Program-made: the position numbers and the translations under genes
Notes under the pieces: model-generated
Database searches by the model: none
Told to the model about the DNA's origin: nothing
The model's input: only the letters and a program-made list of their open reading frames with translations
Shown: one piece after another, positions 22,161-34,998 of the stretch
Numbering within the stretch: the first letter of the stretch is position 1
Layout of the letters: the number at the start of each line of letters is the position of its first letter
Assembly: GCA_965206595.1 (NCBI GenBank)
Contig: OZ242214.1
Span: 6,432,001 to 6,496,000, forward strand
Source of the DNA: Candidatus Latescibacterota bacterium
GTDB lineage: Bacteria > Latescibacterota > UBA2968 > UBA8231
Direction: 5' to 3'
DNA length: 64,000 bases

Positions 22161-22811
22161 ATGGCAAGGAGGATTCTCACAGCAGTCTTTGCAACCGCGC
22201 TGGCCGCGGCCGTTTCCGGGCCGGCGCATGCCGGCTTCGGAGTCGGCGCCGACGCGGCGTCGCGCTACATCTGGCGCGGCCTCAGCCTCGACGACAGCTT
22301 CGTCATACAGCCGTACCTGTCGTACGCGACCGAGGCCGGCATCGAGATCGGGGCCTGGTCGTCCTGGTCGCTGACCTCGAGCGGCGCCAACGAGAACGAC
22401 CTGTATGTCAGCTACTCGACGGGGCCGGTCTCGATCGCCCTGACCGACTACTACTTCCCCAACGGGGAGGGAACGGAGTTCTTCGACTACAGCGACGACG
22501 CGGCGATTCACCAGCTCGAGGCCATGGTTTCCTTCGCCAGCGGACCGCTGAGCCTGACCGGCGCCCTGATCTTCCTCGGGGCCGCGGGCACGACCCCGGT
22601 CTACGCCGAGGTCGGCTACGAGTTCATGTCGGGGGACGACGTCTCCGCCGGCCTGTTCGCCGCCCTGGGCACCGAGTCGTACTACACCAGCTCCGGTGAC
22701 CCGGCGCTCATCAACGTCGGCATCGGCGTGTCGATGGGGGACTACTCCGCCCAGTACATCCTGAACCCCGATACCGAGCAGTCCTACCTGGTGTTGATGA
22801 AGGGCCTGTAG
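22161..22811 (+). CDS. TorF-like putative porin
   Basis: Signal peptide, SRYIWRG, QP and ENDLY motifs, beta-strand pattern; amtB/glnK context. Confidence 0.65.
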   Translation: MARRILTAVFATALAAAVSGPAHAGFGVGADAASRYIWRGLSLDDSFVIQPYLSYATEAGIEIGAWSSWSLTSSGANENDLYVSYSTGPVSIALTDYYFPNGEGTEFFDYSDDAAIHQLEAMVSFASGPLSLTGALIFLGAAGTTPVYAEVGYEFMSGDDVSAGLFAALGTESYYTSSGDPALINVGIGVSMGDYSAQYILNPDTEQSYLVLMKGL

Positions 22812-23045
22812 CAACCGCGACAGCGGACAGGCCGCGCGACCGCCCGCAACGGCGGTGTCCAGGGAAGCCCCGGGGGCCGGTTGCCCCGGGGCTTCTCGCA
22901 TGAGGCGCCTTCCGGAATCGGCTGTTGCCCCCGTTTGATGCAGGTTTGGCGCCCTCTATATTCACGGGCTGTTTTTAACCGGCCGGATTCGCGATTCCAG
23001 CACTGCGGACTGCTCACGCACCCTTTACTCCACGGAGGAACACCA

Positions 23046-24536
23046 ATGGCAATAGCCAAACCGAAAACCAAAGCTTCGCCGAAGTCGAAAGCGAAAGCGA
23101 AAGCCAAGGCGGCCCCGGCCGCCACCGCGAGGTCGGTCGTCGCCAACGCCAAGGCACAGGGCGTGCAGATGATCGACTTCAAGTTCGTCGACTTCCCCGG
23201 CACCTGGCAGCACTTCTCGATTCCCGCCTCGAAGCTGGAAGAGGATATGTTCAGCGAGGGCCTCGGGTTCGACGGTTCCAGCATTCGCGGCTGGAAGTCG
23301 ATCGACGAGAGCGACATGCTCGTCATGCCCGATCCGACCACCGCCTTCCGCGACCCCTTCTGCGAAATCCCGACCCTGTCGATCATCTGCGATATCGTCG
23401 ACCCGATCACGCGCGAGGACTACGGCCGCGACCCCCGCAACGTCGCCAAGCGGGCCGAGGCCTTCCTGAAGTCAACCGGCATCGCCGACACCGCGTACTT
23501 CGGGCCGGAAGCGGAGTTCTTCATCTTCGACAGCATCCAGTACGACCAGAACGCGCACTCCTCCTTCCACTTCATCGACTCCGTCGAGGGGCGCTGGAAC
23601 TCCGGCGCCGACGAGCAGCCGAACCTCGGGTACAAGCCGCCGTACAAAGGGGGCTATTTTCCGGTACCCCCTCACGACTCGCAGCAGGACCTGCGCTCGG
23701 AGATGGTGCTGACGATGATGGAAGCCGGCGTCGACGTCGAGGTCCACCACCACGAGGTCGGCACCGCCGGACAGGGTGAGATCGACATCCGCTTCTGCCC
23801 GCTGGTCAGCTGCGGCGACCAGATGATGATCTACAAGTACGTCATCAAGAACGTCGCAAAAAAGCACGGCAAGACGGCGACCTTCATGCCCAAGCCGCTG
23901 TTCGAGGACAACGGCACCGGCATGCACACCCACCAGAGCCTGTGGAAGGGGGGCCGGCCGCTGTTCGCCGGCAACGGCTACGCCGGCCTCAGCGAGATGG
24001 CCCTGCACTACATCGGCGGCCTGCTCAAGCACGCCCGCTCCATTCTCGCCTTCACCAACCCGACCACCAACTCGTACCGCCGCCTGGTTCCCGGGTACGA
24101 AGCGCCGGTGAACCTCGCCTACTCGCAGCGCAACCGCAGCGCCGCCTGCCGCATCCCGATGTACTCGGCCAGCCCCAAGGCCAAGCGGGTCGAGTTCCGC
24201 TGCCCCGACCCCAGCTGCAACCTCTACCTCGGCATGTCCGCCATGCTGATGGCCGGTCTCGACGGGGTGCTCAACAAGATCGATCCGGGCGACCCGATGG
24301 ACACCGACATCTACGAGCTCTCCGCGGAGGAGCGTGCCTCGGTGCCCCTGACCCCGGCGTCGCTCGAGGAAGCCATGGACGCCCTCGAGGAGGATCACGA
24401 GTACCTGCTCAAGGGGGACGTGTTCACCGAGGACGTGATCCAGGCCTGGATCGACTACAAGCGGAAAGAGGAGATCGACGCCATACGGGTGCGCCCGCAT
24501 CCGTACGAGTTCGCCCTCTACTACGACATGGTGTAG
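23046..24536 (+). CDS. glnA: Type I glutamine synthetase
   Basis: [46 protein letters not shown]. Confidence 0.97.
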   Translation: MAIAKPKTKASPKSKAKAKAKAAPAATARSVVANAKAQGVQMIDFKFVDFPGTWQHFSIPASKLEEDMFSEGLGFDGSSIRGWKSIDESDMLVMPDPTTAFRDPFCEIPTLSIICDIVDPITREDYGRDPRNVAKRAEAFLKSTGIADTAYFGPEAEFFIFDSIQYDQNAHSSFHFIDSVEGRWNSGADEQPNLGYKPPYKGGYFPVPPHDSQQDLRSEMVLTMMEAGVDVEVHHHEVGTAGQGEIDIRFCPLVSCGDQMMIYKYVIKNVAKKHGKTATFMPKPLFEDNGTGMHTHQSLWKGGRPLFAGNGYAGLSEMALHYIGGLLKHARSILAFTNPTTNSYRRLVPGYEAPVNLAYSQRNRSAACRIPMYSASPKAKRVEFRCPDPSCNLYLGMSAMLMAGLDGVLNKIDPGDPMDTDIYELSAEERASVPLTPASLEEAMDALEEDHEYLLKGDVFTEDVIQAWIDYKRKEEIDAIRVRPHPYEFALYYDMV

Positions 24537-24593
24537 GTCTGCAAGGCGACTCTCCGGCCGGCGTCGAAGCAGGGCGCCGGCCGCCTCGGAAGA

Positions 24594-24631
24594 AGGCAGG
24601 CCGTCCCGGCGACGGCCTGCCTCTTTTTTTT
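24594..24631 (+). terminator. Intrinsic terminator after glnA
   Basis: AGGCAGGCCGTC/GACGGCCTGCCT 12-bp stem plus T8. Confidence 0.85.
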
Positions 24632-24654
24632 CCTGCCACGGAAGCCCTCGCGCC

Positions 24655-25551
24655 GTGACCCCCGAACCCGGACCCCCTGTCGGAGCGCATTCCCTCGTGG
24701 CCGTGGAGCGCTGCGGCGGCGTCTCGAGACTGACCCGCTGCCGCTCCGTCGCCCCGCTCAAGCTTCTCAACCCGCGCGCCGCGGAAGGGTACTGCCCGGT
24801 GATCCTCTCCTCCTACGGCGGCGGCTTGGTCGAGGGGGATGCCGTCGACCTCGAGGTGCGCTGCGGACCGCGGGCGGACCTGTTCCTCGGCACCCAGGCC
24901 CTGGGCAAGGTGTACAGGTGCCCGGCGGGCACCGGCTGCCGCCAGGAGCTGCGCGGCGCCGTCGCCGACGGCGCAACCGCGGTGGTCATGCCGGATCCGG
25001 TGGTGCCTTTCGCCGGCAGCATCTACCGCCAGCGGCAGCACTGGAGCCTTGAGGGGGATGCCGTGCTCCTGCTCGTGGACGGCCACACCGCCGGCAGGGC
25101 CCTGCGCGGCGAGCGCTTCGCCTACCGCGAGTACCGCTCGGACATCGACGTCCTCGTCGACGGGCGGGCCGTCCTCCTGGAGCGCTATTGCTCGCGGCCC
25201 GACGAGCTGCCCCCCGACTCGGCCGGGGCCTTCGGCCGCGGCACCGCCCTCCTCAACGCCTGCGCCGTCGGCCGCGCCGACAGCCGCCGTTTCCGCTCCC
25301 TGACAGAGCGGCTGGAAGAGAGCATCCGCCCTGCCGCCGCGGCCGGCCCCGCGGCGCCGGGGGAGGCCGGCTGTCTCGTCGCCCACTCCCGGCCGCGCGG
25401 GGAGGTCTGGGTGCTGCGGGCCCTGGCGGACCGGTGCGAGTCCCTCGATCCCCTGCGCCGGCTCCTCGGGGAAGCGGCCGGCATCCTGCTCGGAGGCAAG
25501 CCGGTCGAAAGACTGTTCGGCCGGCCTCCCTCCTGCCCTGGACGACAATAA
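24655..25551 (+). CDS. ureD: Urease accessory protein UreD
   Basis: [40 protein letters not shown]. Confidence 0.85.
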   Translation: MTPEPGPPVGAHSLVAVERCGGVSRLTRCRSVAPLKLLNPRAAEGYCPVILSSYGGGLVEGDAVDLEVRCGPRADLFLGTQALGKVYRCPAGTGCRQELRGAVADGATAVVMPDPVVPFAGSIYRQRQHWSLEGDAVLLLVDGHTAGRALRGERFAYREYRSDIDVLVDGRAVLLERYCSRPDELPPDSAGAFGRGTALLNACAVGRADSRRFRSLTERLEESIRPAAAAGPAAPGEAGCLVAHSRPRGEVWVLRALADRCESLDPLRRLLGEAAGILLGGKPVERLFGRPPSCPGRQ

Positions 25552-25734
25552 TGTCCTTACGAGGATTTCTGACTACAGAAATGTCCGCTCACCGCACCGA
25601 CTGCCGTTCCCCCCGGTAGACTTCGGCGCCCACCGAAAAAATCACCTCGGGCACAACCCTATACCGGACAAACAGTTGCGCCGGCTGCTCCGACCGCTTC
25701 CGGAAGCGGGTCCGCAGCCTGGCCCCGGATTGCA
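25544..25734 (+). promoter_or_regulatory. ABC transporter/urease promoter: paired ACA-N4-TGT boxes plus sigma-54-like element
   Basis: GACAATAATGTC 25544, TACAGAAATGTC 25574, CAAACAGTTG IHF-like site ~25670, TGGCCCCGGATTGCA 25720 (spacer 1 nt short). Confidence 0.65.
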
Positions 25735-25798
25735 GACCGTCCCACGTTCCCAACAACACGCCTGTTCCGCGCTGCGGATTCAACCCAAGGAGGATTTC

Positions 25799-26600
25799 AT
25801 GGCACGCACCCGGCTCTGGCGGACAGCACTGCTGACCGCCGGCTTCATCGTCACCACGGCCGCCACCGGCCTCGACGCCAAGCTCAAGATCGGCTACAGC
25901 GACTGGCCCGGCTGGGTCGCCTGGGAGATCGGCATCCAGAAGGGCTGGTTCGCCGAAGCGGGGGTCGACGCGGAGTTCATCTGGTTCGAGTACGTCCCCT
26001 CGATGGACGCCTTCGCCGCCGGCCAGATCGACGCGGTGGCAATGACCAACGGGGACGCCATGGTCACCGGTTCGGCCGGCAAGGCCTGCAAGGGGATCAT
26101 CCTCAACGACTACAGCAACGGCAACGACATGGTCGTAGCGCGGCCGGGAATCGGCACGGTGGCGGAGCTAAAGGGAATGAAGGTCGGCGTCGAACTCGGC
26201 TTCGTCTCCCACCTGCTGCTGCTGACGGCGCTCGAAGCCAACGGCATGCAGGAAAGCGACGTCGAGCTGATGAACATTCCGACCCACGAGACCCCGCAGG
26301 CCCTCGCCTCCAAGGGGGTCGACGCCATCGTCGCCTGGCAGCCCAACTCGGGACAGGCCCTCAACCTGGTCGCCGGCTCGAAGCCGGTCTTCACCAGCGC
26401 TGACGCCCCTGGCATCATCTACGATCTGCTCTACGTCAGCAGCGAGAGCCTGGCGGCAAACCGCGACGACTGGATGAAGGTGGTCGAAGTCTGGTACCGG
26501 ATCGTCGACTACCTCGCCGACGAGTCGAACCGCGAGGAAGCCCTGGGGATCATGGGCGCCCGGGTCGGCCTCACCCCGGAGCAGTACGCCCCCTTCCTAC
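25799..26600 (+). CDS. NitT/TauT-family ABC substrate-binding protein (urea/guanidine-type); C-terminus appears missing
   Basis: RBS AAGGAGG, signal peptide, [23 protein letters not shown]; sequence turns implausible after YAPFL with no nearby stop. Confidence 0.8.
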
Positions 26601-26609
26601 GGCCCGGGA

Positions 26610-27521
26610 GTGGTGGCGAGGATCTTCGATACCGAAAGCCTGGAGAAGCTCCTCGACCGCTTCGGCATCCGCGGCGACCCGGTCTTCGTCAAGGTGACCT
26701 GGCACGGGTACGCCCCCGGCACCTACACCGACCCGGTGGCCCTCGACCAGCTTCTGACCGCCCTCGACGGCCGCGCCGTCCTTCTCGAGGGGCACAGCGC
26801 CGGCCGCAACGACGGCTCCGACCCCGGGGTCGAGTGGCCGGACGGCCGCCGCCACCGGCGCTGGATACGGGAGCAGGAGGCGGAGTACCTGCGCCGCACC
26901 GGGCTCCAGGAGGTGATCGACCGCCACGGCGCCCACTACCTCAACGTCACCGAGGCGTTCTGGGACGGACAGTGCGCCGGCGCCAGCGAGGTGGGCGGCC
27001 TGCTGCGCGCCGCCGGGGTCGAGCTCGCCCACCCGGAGCTCGCCGGTTTCGTGCCCCGCCTGCTGCTCGACTACCGCGGCGCTCCCCTGCTTTCGTTCGC
27101 CCGCTTCAAGGGGGCCACGCGGCTGAGCATCTCCAACCTGTTCGGGTTGATCCCGGCGCCGCTGCGCAGCGACTGGCACGGCCCCGATCCGGCCTGCTTC
27201 GCCTCGGTGTGCTGCGACCTCGCCAGGATGTACGGCGCCCTGTTCGACTGCTTCGGGCTGGCCGAATCGCTCAACGTCGCCGTCCGCTGGGGCCGCACCG
27301 GGCTCTACCGCAGCCGCTGGGGCAACTACGACCTCCTCCCCCGCCCCGGCGTCGTCACCCTGAGCTCCGGGCTGGTCGCCGCCGACGTGCTGGCGAGCCG
27401 GCTCCAGGGTCACGACGTCCGCAGGAGCCTCTTCTTCGACGTCGTCGGCCGCCGTCTAGGCCTGCCTCCCGGATGTGCCGAGGCTCCGCTCGACGGCGAG
27501 CTGAAAAGGCTGTTCGCCTGA
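26610..27521 (+). CDS. DUF362-like protein
   Basis: VFVKVTW...[21 protein letters not shown] pattern; typical high-GC codon usage. Confidence 0.5.
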   Translation: MVARIFDTESLEKLLDRFGIRGDPVFVKVTWHGYAPGTYTDPVALDQLLTALDGRAVLLEGHSAGRNDGSDPGVEWPDGRRHRRWIREQEAEYLRRTGLQEVIDRHGAHYLNVTEAFWDGQCAGASEVGGLLRAAGVELAHPELAGFVPRLLLDYRGAPLLSFARFKGATRLSISNLFGLIPAPLRSDWHGPDPACFASVCCDLARMYGALFDCFGLAESLNVAVRWGRTGLYRSRWGNYDLLPRPGVVTLSSGLVAADVLASRLQGHDVRRSLFFDVVGRRLGLPPGCAEAPLDGELKRLFA

Positions 27522-27528
27522 ACCTGCC

Positions 27529-28503
27529 ATGGAACCCCGCGGCCACTGGCTCGCCGTCGGAAAGCAGCTTGCCCCGCGGCGGCGCCTCGGACTGGGGATG
27601 CTGTCGTTCCTGCTCCCGCTGTCGCTGTGGGGGGCGGTCAGCTACGTGCCCTGGGTGTGGGGGCCGCAGGTCAAGGTCATCGACCCCGGGGAGGTCGGCT
27701 ACTTCGAAACCGGCATGCGCGTCGACCGCGAGCTGTTCGCCCGCGAGAACGCGGCCGTGGGCGAGCAGGGAAAGGCGGAAGCCACCGGGCGGCGCTGCAA
27801 TCCGGTGTACCTGCCGGCTCCCCACGAGGTCGCCGCGGCCTTCGTCACCGCTTTCACGACGCCGCCGGTCAGGCGCGGCGGGCCCTGGCTCCACGAGAGC
27901 ATCGCCCACAGCATCCGCGTCATCTTCTACGGGTTCGTGCTGTCGGCCTTCATCGGCGTGCCCCTGGGGATCCTGTGCGGCACCTTCCACTTCTTCGCCC
28001 GCCTCACCGAGCCGTTCGTCGACTTCATCCGCTACATGCCGGCGCCGGCCTTCGGCGCCCTCGTCGTCGCCTTCGTCGGCATCAACGGACGCCTCCAAGG
28101 TCGCCATCATCTTCATCGGCACCTTCTTCCAGATGGTGCTCGTCGTCGGCAACACCACCCGCCTGCTCGAGACCTCCCTGATCGAGGCGGCGCAGACCCT
28201 GGGGGCGCGGCGCAAGCAGCTGATCCTGCACGTGATCGTCCCCGGGATCCTGCCCAACCTCTTCCGCGACCTGCGCATCCTGCTCGGGTGGGCCTGGACC
28301 TACCTGATCGTCGCCGAGCTGATCGGGGCCAGCTCCGGGATCAGCTACTTCATCAACCAGCAGGCTAAGTACCGGAACTACGACAACGTCTTCGCCGCCA
28401 TCGTCATGATCGGCATCATCGGGCTGACCACCGACCAGATCCTCGGGCTCATCGAGCGCTTCCTGTTTCCCTGGGAACGCGGCAGCCGCGGGCTGTCTTC
28501 CTC

Positions 28504-28507
<4 letters not shown>
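27529..28507 (+). CDS. ABC permease (frameshift ~28086)
   Basis: RYMPAPAF in one frame; EAAQTLGA and [11 protein letters not shown] in the next frame. Confidence 0.85.
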
Positions 28508-29404
<897 letters not shown>

Positions 29405-29410
29405 TAGCGC

Positions 29411-30180
29411 ATGCGACTGTCACCTAGGGAGATCGACAAGCTCGTCCTTCACGGGGCCGGCTTCGTCAGCCAGAAGCGCTACGCCCGGGGGCTGCGGCTC
29501 AACTACCCGGAGGCGGTTGCCCTGATCGCCACGCAGCTACTCGAGTTCATCCGCGACGGCGGCAGCGTCGCCGACCTGATGGACCGGGGCAAACGGCTGC
29601 TCGGCACCGCCGACGTCCTGCCCGGGGTGCCTGAGATGGTCGGCGAGGTGCAAGTCGAGGGGACTTTCCCGGACGGCACCAAGCTGGTGACCGTGCACGA
29701 CCCGATCTGCAGCGAGCGCGGCGACCCGCAGCTCGCCCTCCACGGGTCGGGCCTGGAACGCACCTCCACGGCCCCCTGGTCGCCGGACAACTCCACCGGC
29801 GCGGCGCCGGGAGAGGTGTCACCCGCCGCCGGGGAGATCGAGATCAACAGCGGCAGGGAGACGGTCCGGCTCGAGGTCGCCAACCTCGGGGACCGGCCGG
29901 TCCAGGTCGGGTCCCACTACCCCTTTTTCGAGACCAACCCGCAGTTGAGCTTCGACCGCGAGCGCGCCTTCGGCTTCCGCCTCGACATCCCCAGCGGCAC
30001 CGCGGTCCGCTTCGAGCCGGGAGAGCTCAAGACCGTCGCCCTCGTCGCCCTCGACGGGCGCCGCCGGGTGTTCGGCGGCAACGGCCTCACCAACGGCGAG
30101 GCCAGCGACGAGCGGCGGGGACCGGCCCTTGCCCGGGCGCGCTCGCGCGCCCGCCACCTGACACCCTGGAGAACGACCGC
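29411..30180 (+). CDS. ureAB: Fused urease gamma/beta subunit (3' end disrupted; ORF runs on to 30277)
   Basis: [52 protein letters not shown]. Confidence 0.92.
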
Positions 30181-31894
30181 ATGGCACGAACACTGGACCG
30201 GCGCGCCTACACCGACATGTACGGACCGACCACCGGGGACCGGGTCCGCCTCGGCGACACCGCGCTCGAGGTGGTAGTCGAAGAGGACGCCACCCTTTAC
30301 GGCGAGGAGTGCAAGTTCGGCGGCGGCAAGGTGCTGCGCGACGGCATGGGGCAGGCCGCCGGGGCGACCGGGGAGGAAGCCCTCGACCTGCTGATCACCA
30401 ACGCCCTCGTCATCGACCACGGCGGCATCCGCAAGGCGGACGTCGGCATCAAGGGGGGCCGCATCCTCGGGGTCGGCAAGGCCGGCAACCCCGATATCAT
30501 GCCGGCCGTCGATGCCGGGATGGTCGCCGGGGTGACCACGGAGGTGATCGCCGGCGAGGGGCTGATCCTGACCGCGGGGGCGCTCGACGTCCACGTCCAT
30601 TTCATCTGCCCGCAGCAGGTGGAGGAAGCGGTCGCCTCCGGGATCACGACGATGATCGGCGGCGGCACCGGTCCGGCCACCGGCACCAACGCCACCACCT
30701 GCACCCCGGGGGCCTTCCACCTCGAGACCATGCTCAGGGCGAGCGACGCCTGGCCGTTGAACTTCGGCTTCCTCGGCAAGGGAAACTCCTCCTTCCCGGA
30801 GGGGCTGCGCGAACAGGTCCGGGCCGGGGCCTGCGGTCTCAAGCTGCACGAGGACTGGGGCACCACCCCCGCGGCCATCGACACCTGCCTCTCCGTGGCC
30901 GAGGAGGAGGACGTCCAGGTCGCCATCCACACCGACACCCTCAACGAGTCCGGCTTCGTCGAGCAGTCGCGGCAGGCGTTCAAGGGCCGCACCATCCACA
31001 CCTACCACACGGAAGGGGCCGGGGGCGGGCACGCCCCGGACATCATACGGCTGTGCGGAGAGGCGAACGTGCTCCCCTCCTCGACCAATCCGACGCGGCC
31101 CTTCACGGTCAACACCATCGACGAGCACCTCGACATGCTGATGGTCTGCCACCACCTCGACAGGAACATCCCCGAGGACGTCGCCTTCGCCGAAAGCCGC
31201 ATCCGCAAAGAGACCATCGCCGCCGAGGACATCCTCCACGACATCGGGGCGTTCTCCATCATCGCCTCGGACAGCCAGGCCATGGGACGGGTAGGCGAGG
31301 TCGTCTGCCGGACCTGGCTAGACCGCCCACAAGATGAAGCTGCAGCGCGGCCCCCTTGCCGGGGACCGGGGGACCGGCGCCGACAACCTCAGGGTGAGAC
31401 GCTACATCGCCAAGTACACCATCAACCCGGCGATCGCCCACGGCGTCAGCCGCCACGTCGGCTCGGTCGAGGCGGGCAAGCTCGCCGACCTCGTGCTCCG
31501 GAAGCCGGCCTGCTTCGGGTCGCGGCCGGAAATAGTCGTCAAGGGCGGGGTCATCGCCTGGTCCCAGATGGGGGATGCCAACGCCTCGATCCCGACCCCC
31601 GAGCCGGTCCTTCCCAGGCCGATGTTCGGCGCCTTCGGCAACGCCATAGGTCGGACGTCCCTGAGCTTCGTCTCGCGGAACGGAGCCGAGGCCGCCGCCG
31701 GGTACAGGCTTGCAAAGGAGGTCGCCCCGGTCGAGTCCTGCCGGGGGCTGGAGAAGAGGGACATGATCCTCAACGACCTCACCCCGGAGATCGAGGTCGA
31801 CCCGGAGACCTACGAGGTGCGCGCCGACGGAGAGGTGCTGACCTGCGAGCCCGCGGCCAAGCTGCCCCTCGCCCAGCTCTACAACCTCTTCTGA
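30181..31894 (+). CDS. ureC: Urease alpha subunit (frameshift ~31319)
   Basis: [38 protein letters not shown]; ends LAQLYNLF in the second frame. Confidence 0.95.
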
Positions 31895-31947
31895 GCGGCA
31901 GCCGGTCCTGTTGGACGTGCAGAAAGCCCCGGGGCAAAGATGGAAAC

Positions 31948-32087
31948 CGGTTGATGAAGGGCCAGACTCCATGAGAACGGACTCCACCATCGAGACGGGC
32001 CGTGGGGCCGTGGCCGGGATGGACCGACGGAACTTGCAGCGCCTCAACCAGGGATGAGATCGGTTGATGAAGGCCAGACTCCATGAG
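31948..32087. repeat. Direct repeat, ~28-bp core within a ~113-bp diverged unit
   Basis: CGGTTGATGAAGG(G)CCAGACTCCATGAG at 31948-31975 and 32061-32087. Confidence 0.8.
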
Positions 32088-32159
32088 GCAGAATCCCGCC
32101 GCCGAGGCGGGGGTGTGGCCATTGCCACGGATGGATCTGCCGAACCACCGCGAGCGACC

Positions 32160-32897
32160 ATGACACAGGACCACGCCATCGAGGCAGAACCCCGAACGGT
32201 CTTGGAAGTCGCGGAAAGCGGCGATCCCCTGCTGCTGCTGCTGCAGCTCGGAGACGCGGCGCTGCCGACCGGAGGCTACGCCTTTTCCGCCGGCCTCGAA
32301 GCGGCGCGGCAGCTGGGGCTGGTCGCCGGCGGGGCCGGGCTGCACCAGTTCGCGCGCCAGGCGCTGCGCACCGCGGGCACCTGCGAACTCCCCTTCCTGC
32401 GCGCGGCCTGGCGGCTTGCCCACCCACCGGTGTCCGGCCTGGTGGAGCTGGCGCAGCGCTACGACGCCATGCAGACCGCGGCCTGCACGCGCCAGGCGAG
32501 CCTGAAGACCGGGCGCGGCTGGCTGCGCCTGTTCCCGCGGCTTTTCCCCGGGCATGGCCAGCGCCGCATCGAGCGCCTCTTCTCGACGCGGGGGACGGTC
32601 CCGCACGGCTGCATCCTCTTCGGGGCCTGTCTCGGCGCCGCCGGCGTCGGCGAGGAGGAAGCGACGGCCCTGTTCCTGCACCAGCTGCTGCGCGACCAGC
32701 TCGGGGCCGCCGTCCGCCTCGGCATCGTCGGCCCCCTCGAGGCGGTGGAGCGCCACGCCGCCCTGCGCCCCGAGTGCGCCAGGGCGGCCGAGGCCTCGCG
32801 CCTTATCCCCTGCGATGAGGCATTCCGCGGCGCGCCCCAGCTCGACCTGGCGCAGGCCGCGCACGGACACCTGTACTCGCGGCTGTTTCAGAGCTGA
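32160..32897 (+). CDS. ureF: Urease accessory protein UreF
   Basis: LQLGDAALPTGGYAFSAGLE, AAVRLG, LYSRLFQS. Confidence 0.9.
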   Translation: MTQDHAIEAEPRTVLEVAESGDPLLLLLQLGDAALPTGGYAFSAGLEAARQLGLVAGGAGLHQFARQALRTAGTCELPFLRAAWRLAHPPVSGLVELAQRYDAMQTAACTRQASLKTGRGWLRLFPRLFPGHGQRRIERLFSTRGTVPHGCILFGACLGAAGVGEEEATALFLHQLLRDQLGAAVRLGIVGPLEAVERHAALRPECARAAEASRLIPCDEAFRGAPQLDLAQAAHGHLYSRLFQS

Positions 32898-33009
32898 TCC
32901 GCTGTCCACGAGATCACCATGCCCGCTCACAGCTACGATATCACCGGCCGCGAGGGACACCTGAAATCACCCTTGTTCCATAGCTGACCTGCCACCTGCG
33001 GAGACCGAC

Positions 33010-33732
33010 ATGCACACCCACAGCCACGATACCGAAAACGGGCACGGCCACAGCCACGCCGACGATCCGGGATCCTTCGCCGCCCGGGAGAGGATGGCCA
33101 GCGGCAGGGACTTCGAAAGTCGCGCCTTCACCGCCGGCATCGGCGGACCGGTCGGCAGCGGCAAGACCGCGCTCGTGAAGGCCCTTTGCGAAAGGCTGCG
33201 CTCCGACTGCGAACTCGCGGTTGTGACCAACGACATCTTCACCCGCGAGGACGCCGATTTTCTCGTCCGCCACGACGCCCTGGACGGTGACCGCATCATC
33301 GGGGTGGAGACCGGCGGCTGCCCGCACGCGGCGATCCGCGAGGACATCGTCCTCAACCTCGACGCCCTCGAGACCCTGATGGAGCGCTGCCGCCCCGGTC
33401 TGCTCCTGCTCGAAAGCGGCGGCGACAATCTCGCCGCGCACTTCAGCAAGGAGCTCGTCGACTACGCCATCTACGTGATCGACGTCTCCGGCGGCGACAA
33501 GATACCGCGCAAGGGGGGGCCGGGAATCACCCAGTCCGATCTGCTGGTCGTCAACAAGATCGACCTCGCCGGCCTCGTCGGAGCCGACCTCGAGGTGATG
33601 GCCCGCGACGCCCGCAAGATGAGAGGGGAGGGGCCCACGGTCTTCACCTGCATCGCCGACGGCACCGGCGTCGACACGGTGATCGCCCACCTGATGGCCG
33701 CCCGCGAGCAGGCCGCGGGCGTTCTTCTGTAG
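33010..33732 (+). CDS. ureG: Urease accessory GTPase UreG with His-rich N-terminus
   Basis: [26 protein letters not shown]. Confidence 0.95.
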   Translation: MHTHSHDTENGHGHSHADDPGSFAARERMASGRDFESRAFTAGIGGPVGSGKTALVKALCERLRSDCELAVVTNDIFTREDADFLVRHDALDGDRIIGVETGGCPHAAIREDIVLNLDALETLMERCRPGLLLLESGGDNLAAHFSKELVDYAIYVIDVSGGDKIPRKGGPGITQSDLLVVNKIDLAGLVGADLEVMARDARKMRGEGPTVFTCIADGTGVDTVIAHLMAAREQAAGVLL

Positions 33733-34050
33733 TCGGCCGCTGCAATAGCCGACCCGGGCTGCGGCCTGCCCGTCGCGGTCGCGAACCCCGGCAGTTCGTG
33801 TCGGAAACCTGGCCCTTCCCTGGCGCTCGCCAGAGCGTTCTGAATTCTGACGTTCCCTGCCTCCCGAATCCACGGAGATTCGATTCGATCGCGGTCCCTG
33901 CCTTCGCTCGCCCCATGCCCCGGCCTCGCTTGGAGCCACTGTATGGACGAGCGGTTAGCCGTTGGTCGGTCTGTTGATCGGTTCGGGGCCGCTTCTATAT
34001 TCGGGCGACCCACGTCCCCCTTCTCCTTCGGCAGAATCCCCCCGTCACCC

Positions 34051-34998
34051 ATGCCCCCCACCCGGCATTCCCTTACCGTAGGCACTCGCGGCAGCAGACT
34101 CGCCCTCGCCCAGGCGGAGCGCGTCTGCTCCCTCCTCCGGGAAACGGCCGGCGACCGCCCCAAGCTACGGCTCGAGATCGTCCGCACCGAGGGGGACCGT
34201 TCCCGCGGTCCCCTCTCCGAGATCGGGGGACAGGGGGTGTTCACCGCGGAGCTGGAGAAGGCGCTGCGGGACGGGCGGGTCGACCTCGCCGTCCACAGCC
34301 TCAAGGATCTTCCGACCGCGGTCCCTGCCGATCTCGAGCAGGTCGCAGCGCCCGCCCGCGCCGATGTGCGCGACGTGCTTGTCACCGCGGGGGACCGCGG
34401 CCTCGAGGAGCTGCCTGAGGGAGCCCTCCTCGGTACCGGCAGCCCCCGGCGCCGCGCCCAGTTGCTGGCGCTCCGCCCCGACCTGCGGTTCGACGACATC
34501 CGCGGCAACGTCGACACCCGCATCGGCAAGGTCGGCGCAGACGGGCTCGACGGCGTCGTGCTGGCCGCCGCGGGCCTGCAGCGGCTCGGCCTGCTGAACC
34601 GCGTCAGCTCCTACCTCGACACCGACCAAGTGCTGCCGGCCCCCGGACAAGGAGTGCTCGGGCTGCAGATGCGTTGCGGCGACCCCCGACGCGCCCTGGT
34701 GGCGGCTCTGAACCACGGGCCGACCTGGGCCGGCGCCGCGGCCGAACGCAGCCTCCTCCACTCCCTCGGCGGCGGCTGCCGCGCCCCGGTGGCCGCCTGG
34801 GGCCGCGAGATCAGCGGCGAGCTGCTCCTCGACGGGCTTGTCGCCTCCGCGGACGGCCGCGAGCTGCTGAGGCGAACCGACGAGGGCCTTCCCGGCGCGG
34901 CGGACACCCTCGGACGCGACCAGGCCGCGGAGCTGCTCCGCGCCGGAGCGGACCGGCTGCTGGAGCTATCCGGGGTCAAGGACACGGCCTCCCCATGA
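34051..34998 (+). CDS. hemC: Hydroxymethylbilane synthase
   Basis: GTRGSRLA, VHSLKD, RGNVDTR, PAPGQG, GGCRAP. Confidence 0.95.
   Translation: MPPTRHSLTVGTRGSRLALAQAERVCSLLRETAGDRPKLRLEIVRTEGDRSRGPLSEIGGQGVFTAELEKALRDGRVDLAVHSLKDLPTAVPADLEQVAAPARADVRDVLVTAGDRGLEELPEGALLGTGSPRRRAQLLALRPDLRFDDIRGNVDTRIGKVGADGLDGVVLAAAGLQRLGLLNRVSSYLDTDQVLPAPGQGVLGLQMRCGDPRRALVAALNHGPTWAGAAAERSLLHSLGGGCRAPVAAWGREISGELLLDGLVASADGRELLRRTDEGLPGAADTLGRDQAAELLRAGADRLLELSGVKDTASP

Noticed and set aside
25552-25798. Guanidine riboswitch upstream of the ABC binding protein
   Set aside because: No ykkC-type conserved motifs seen; the region is explained by operator boxes and a promoter
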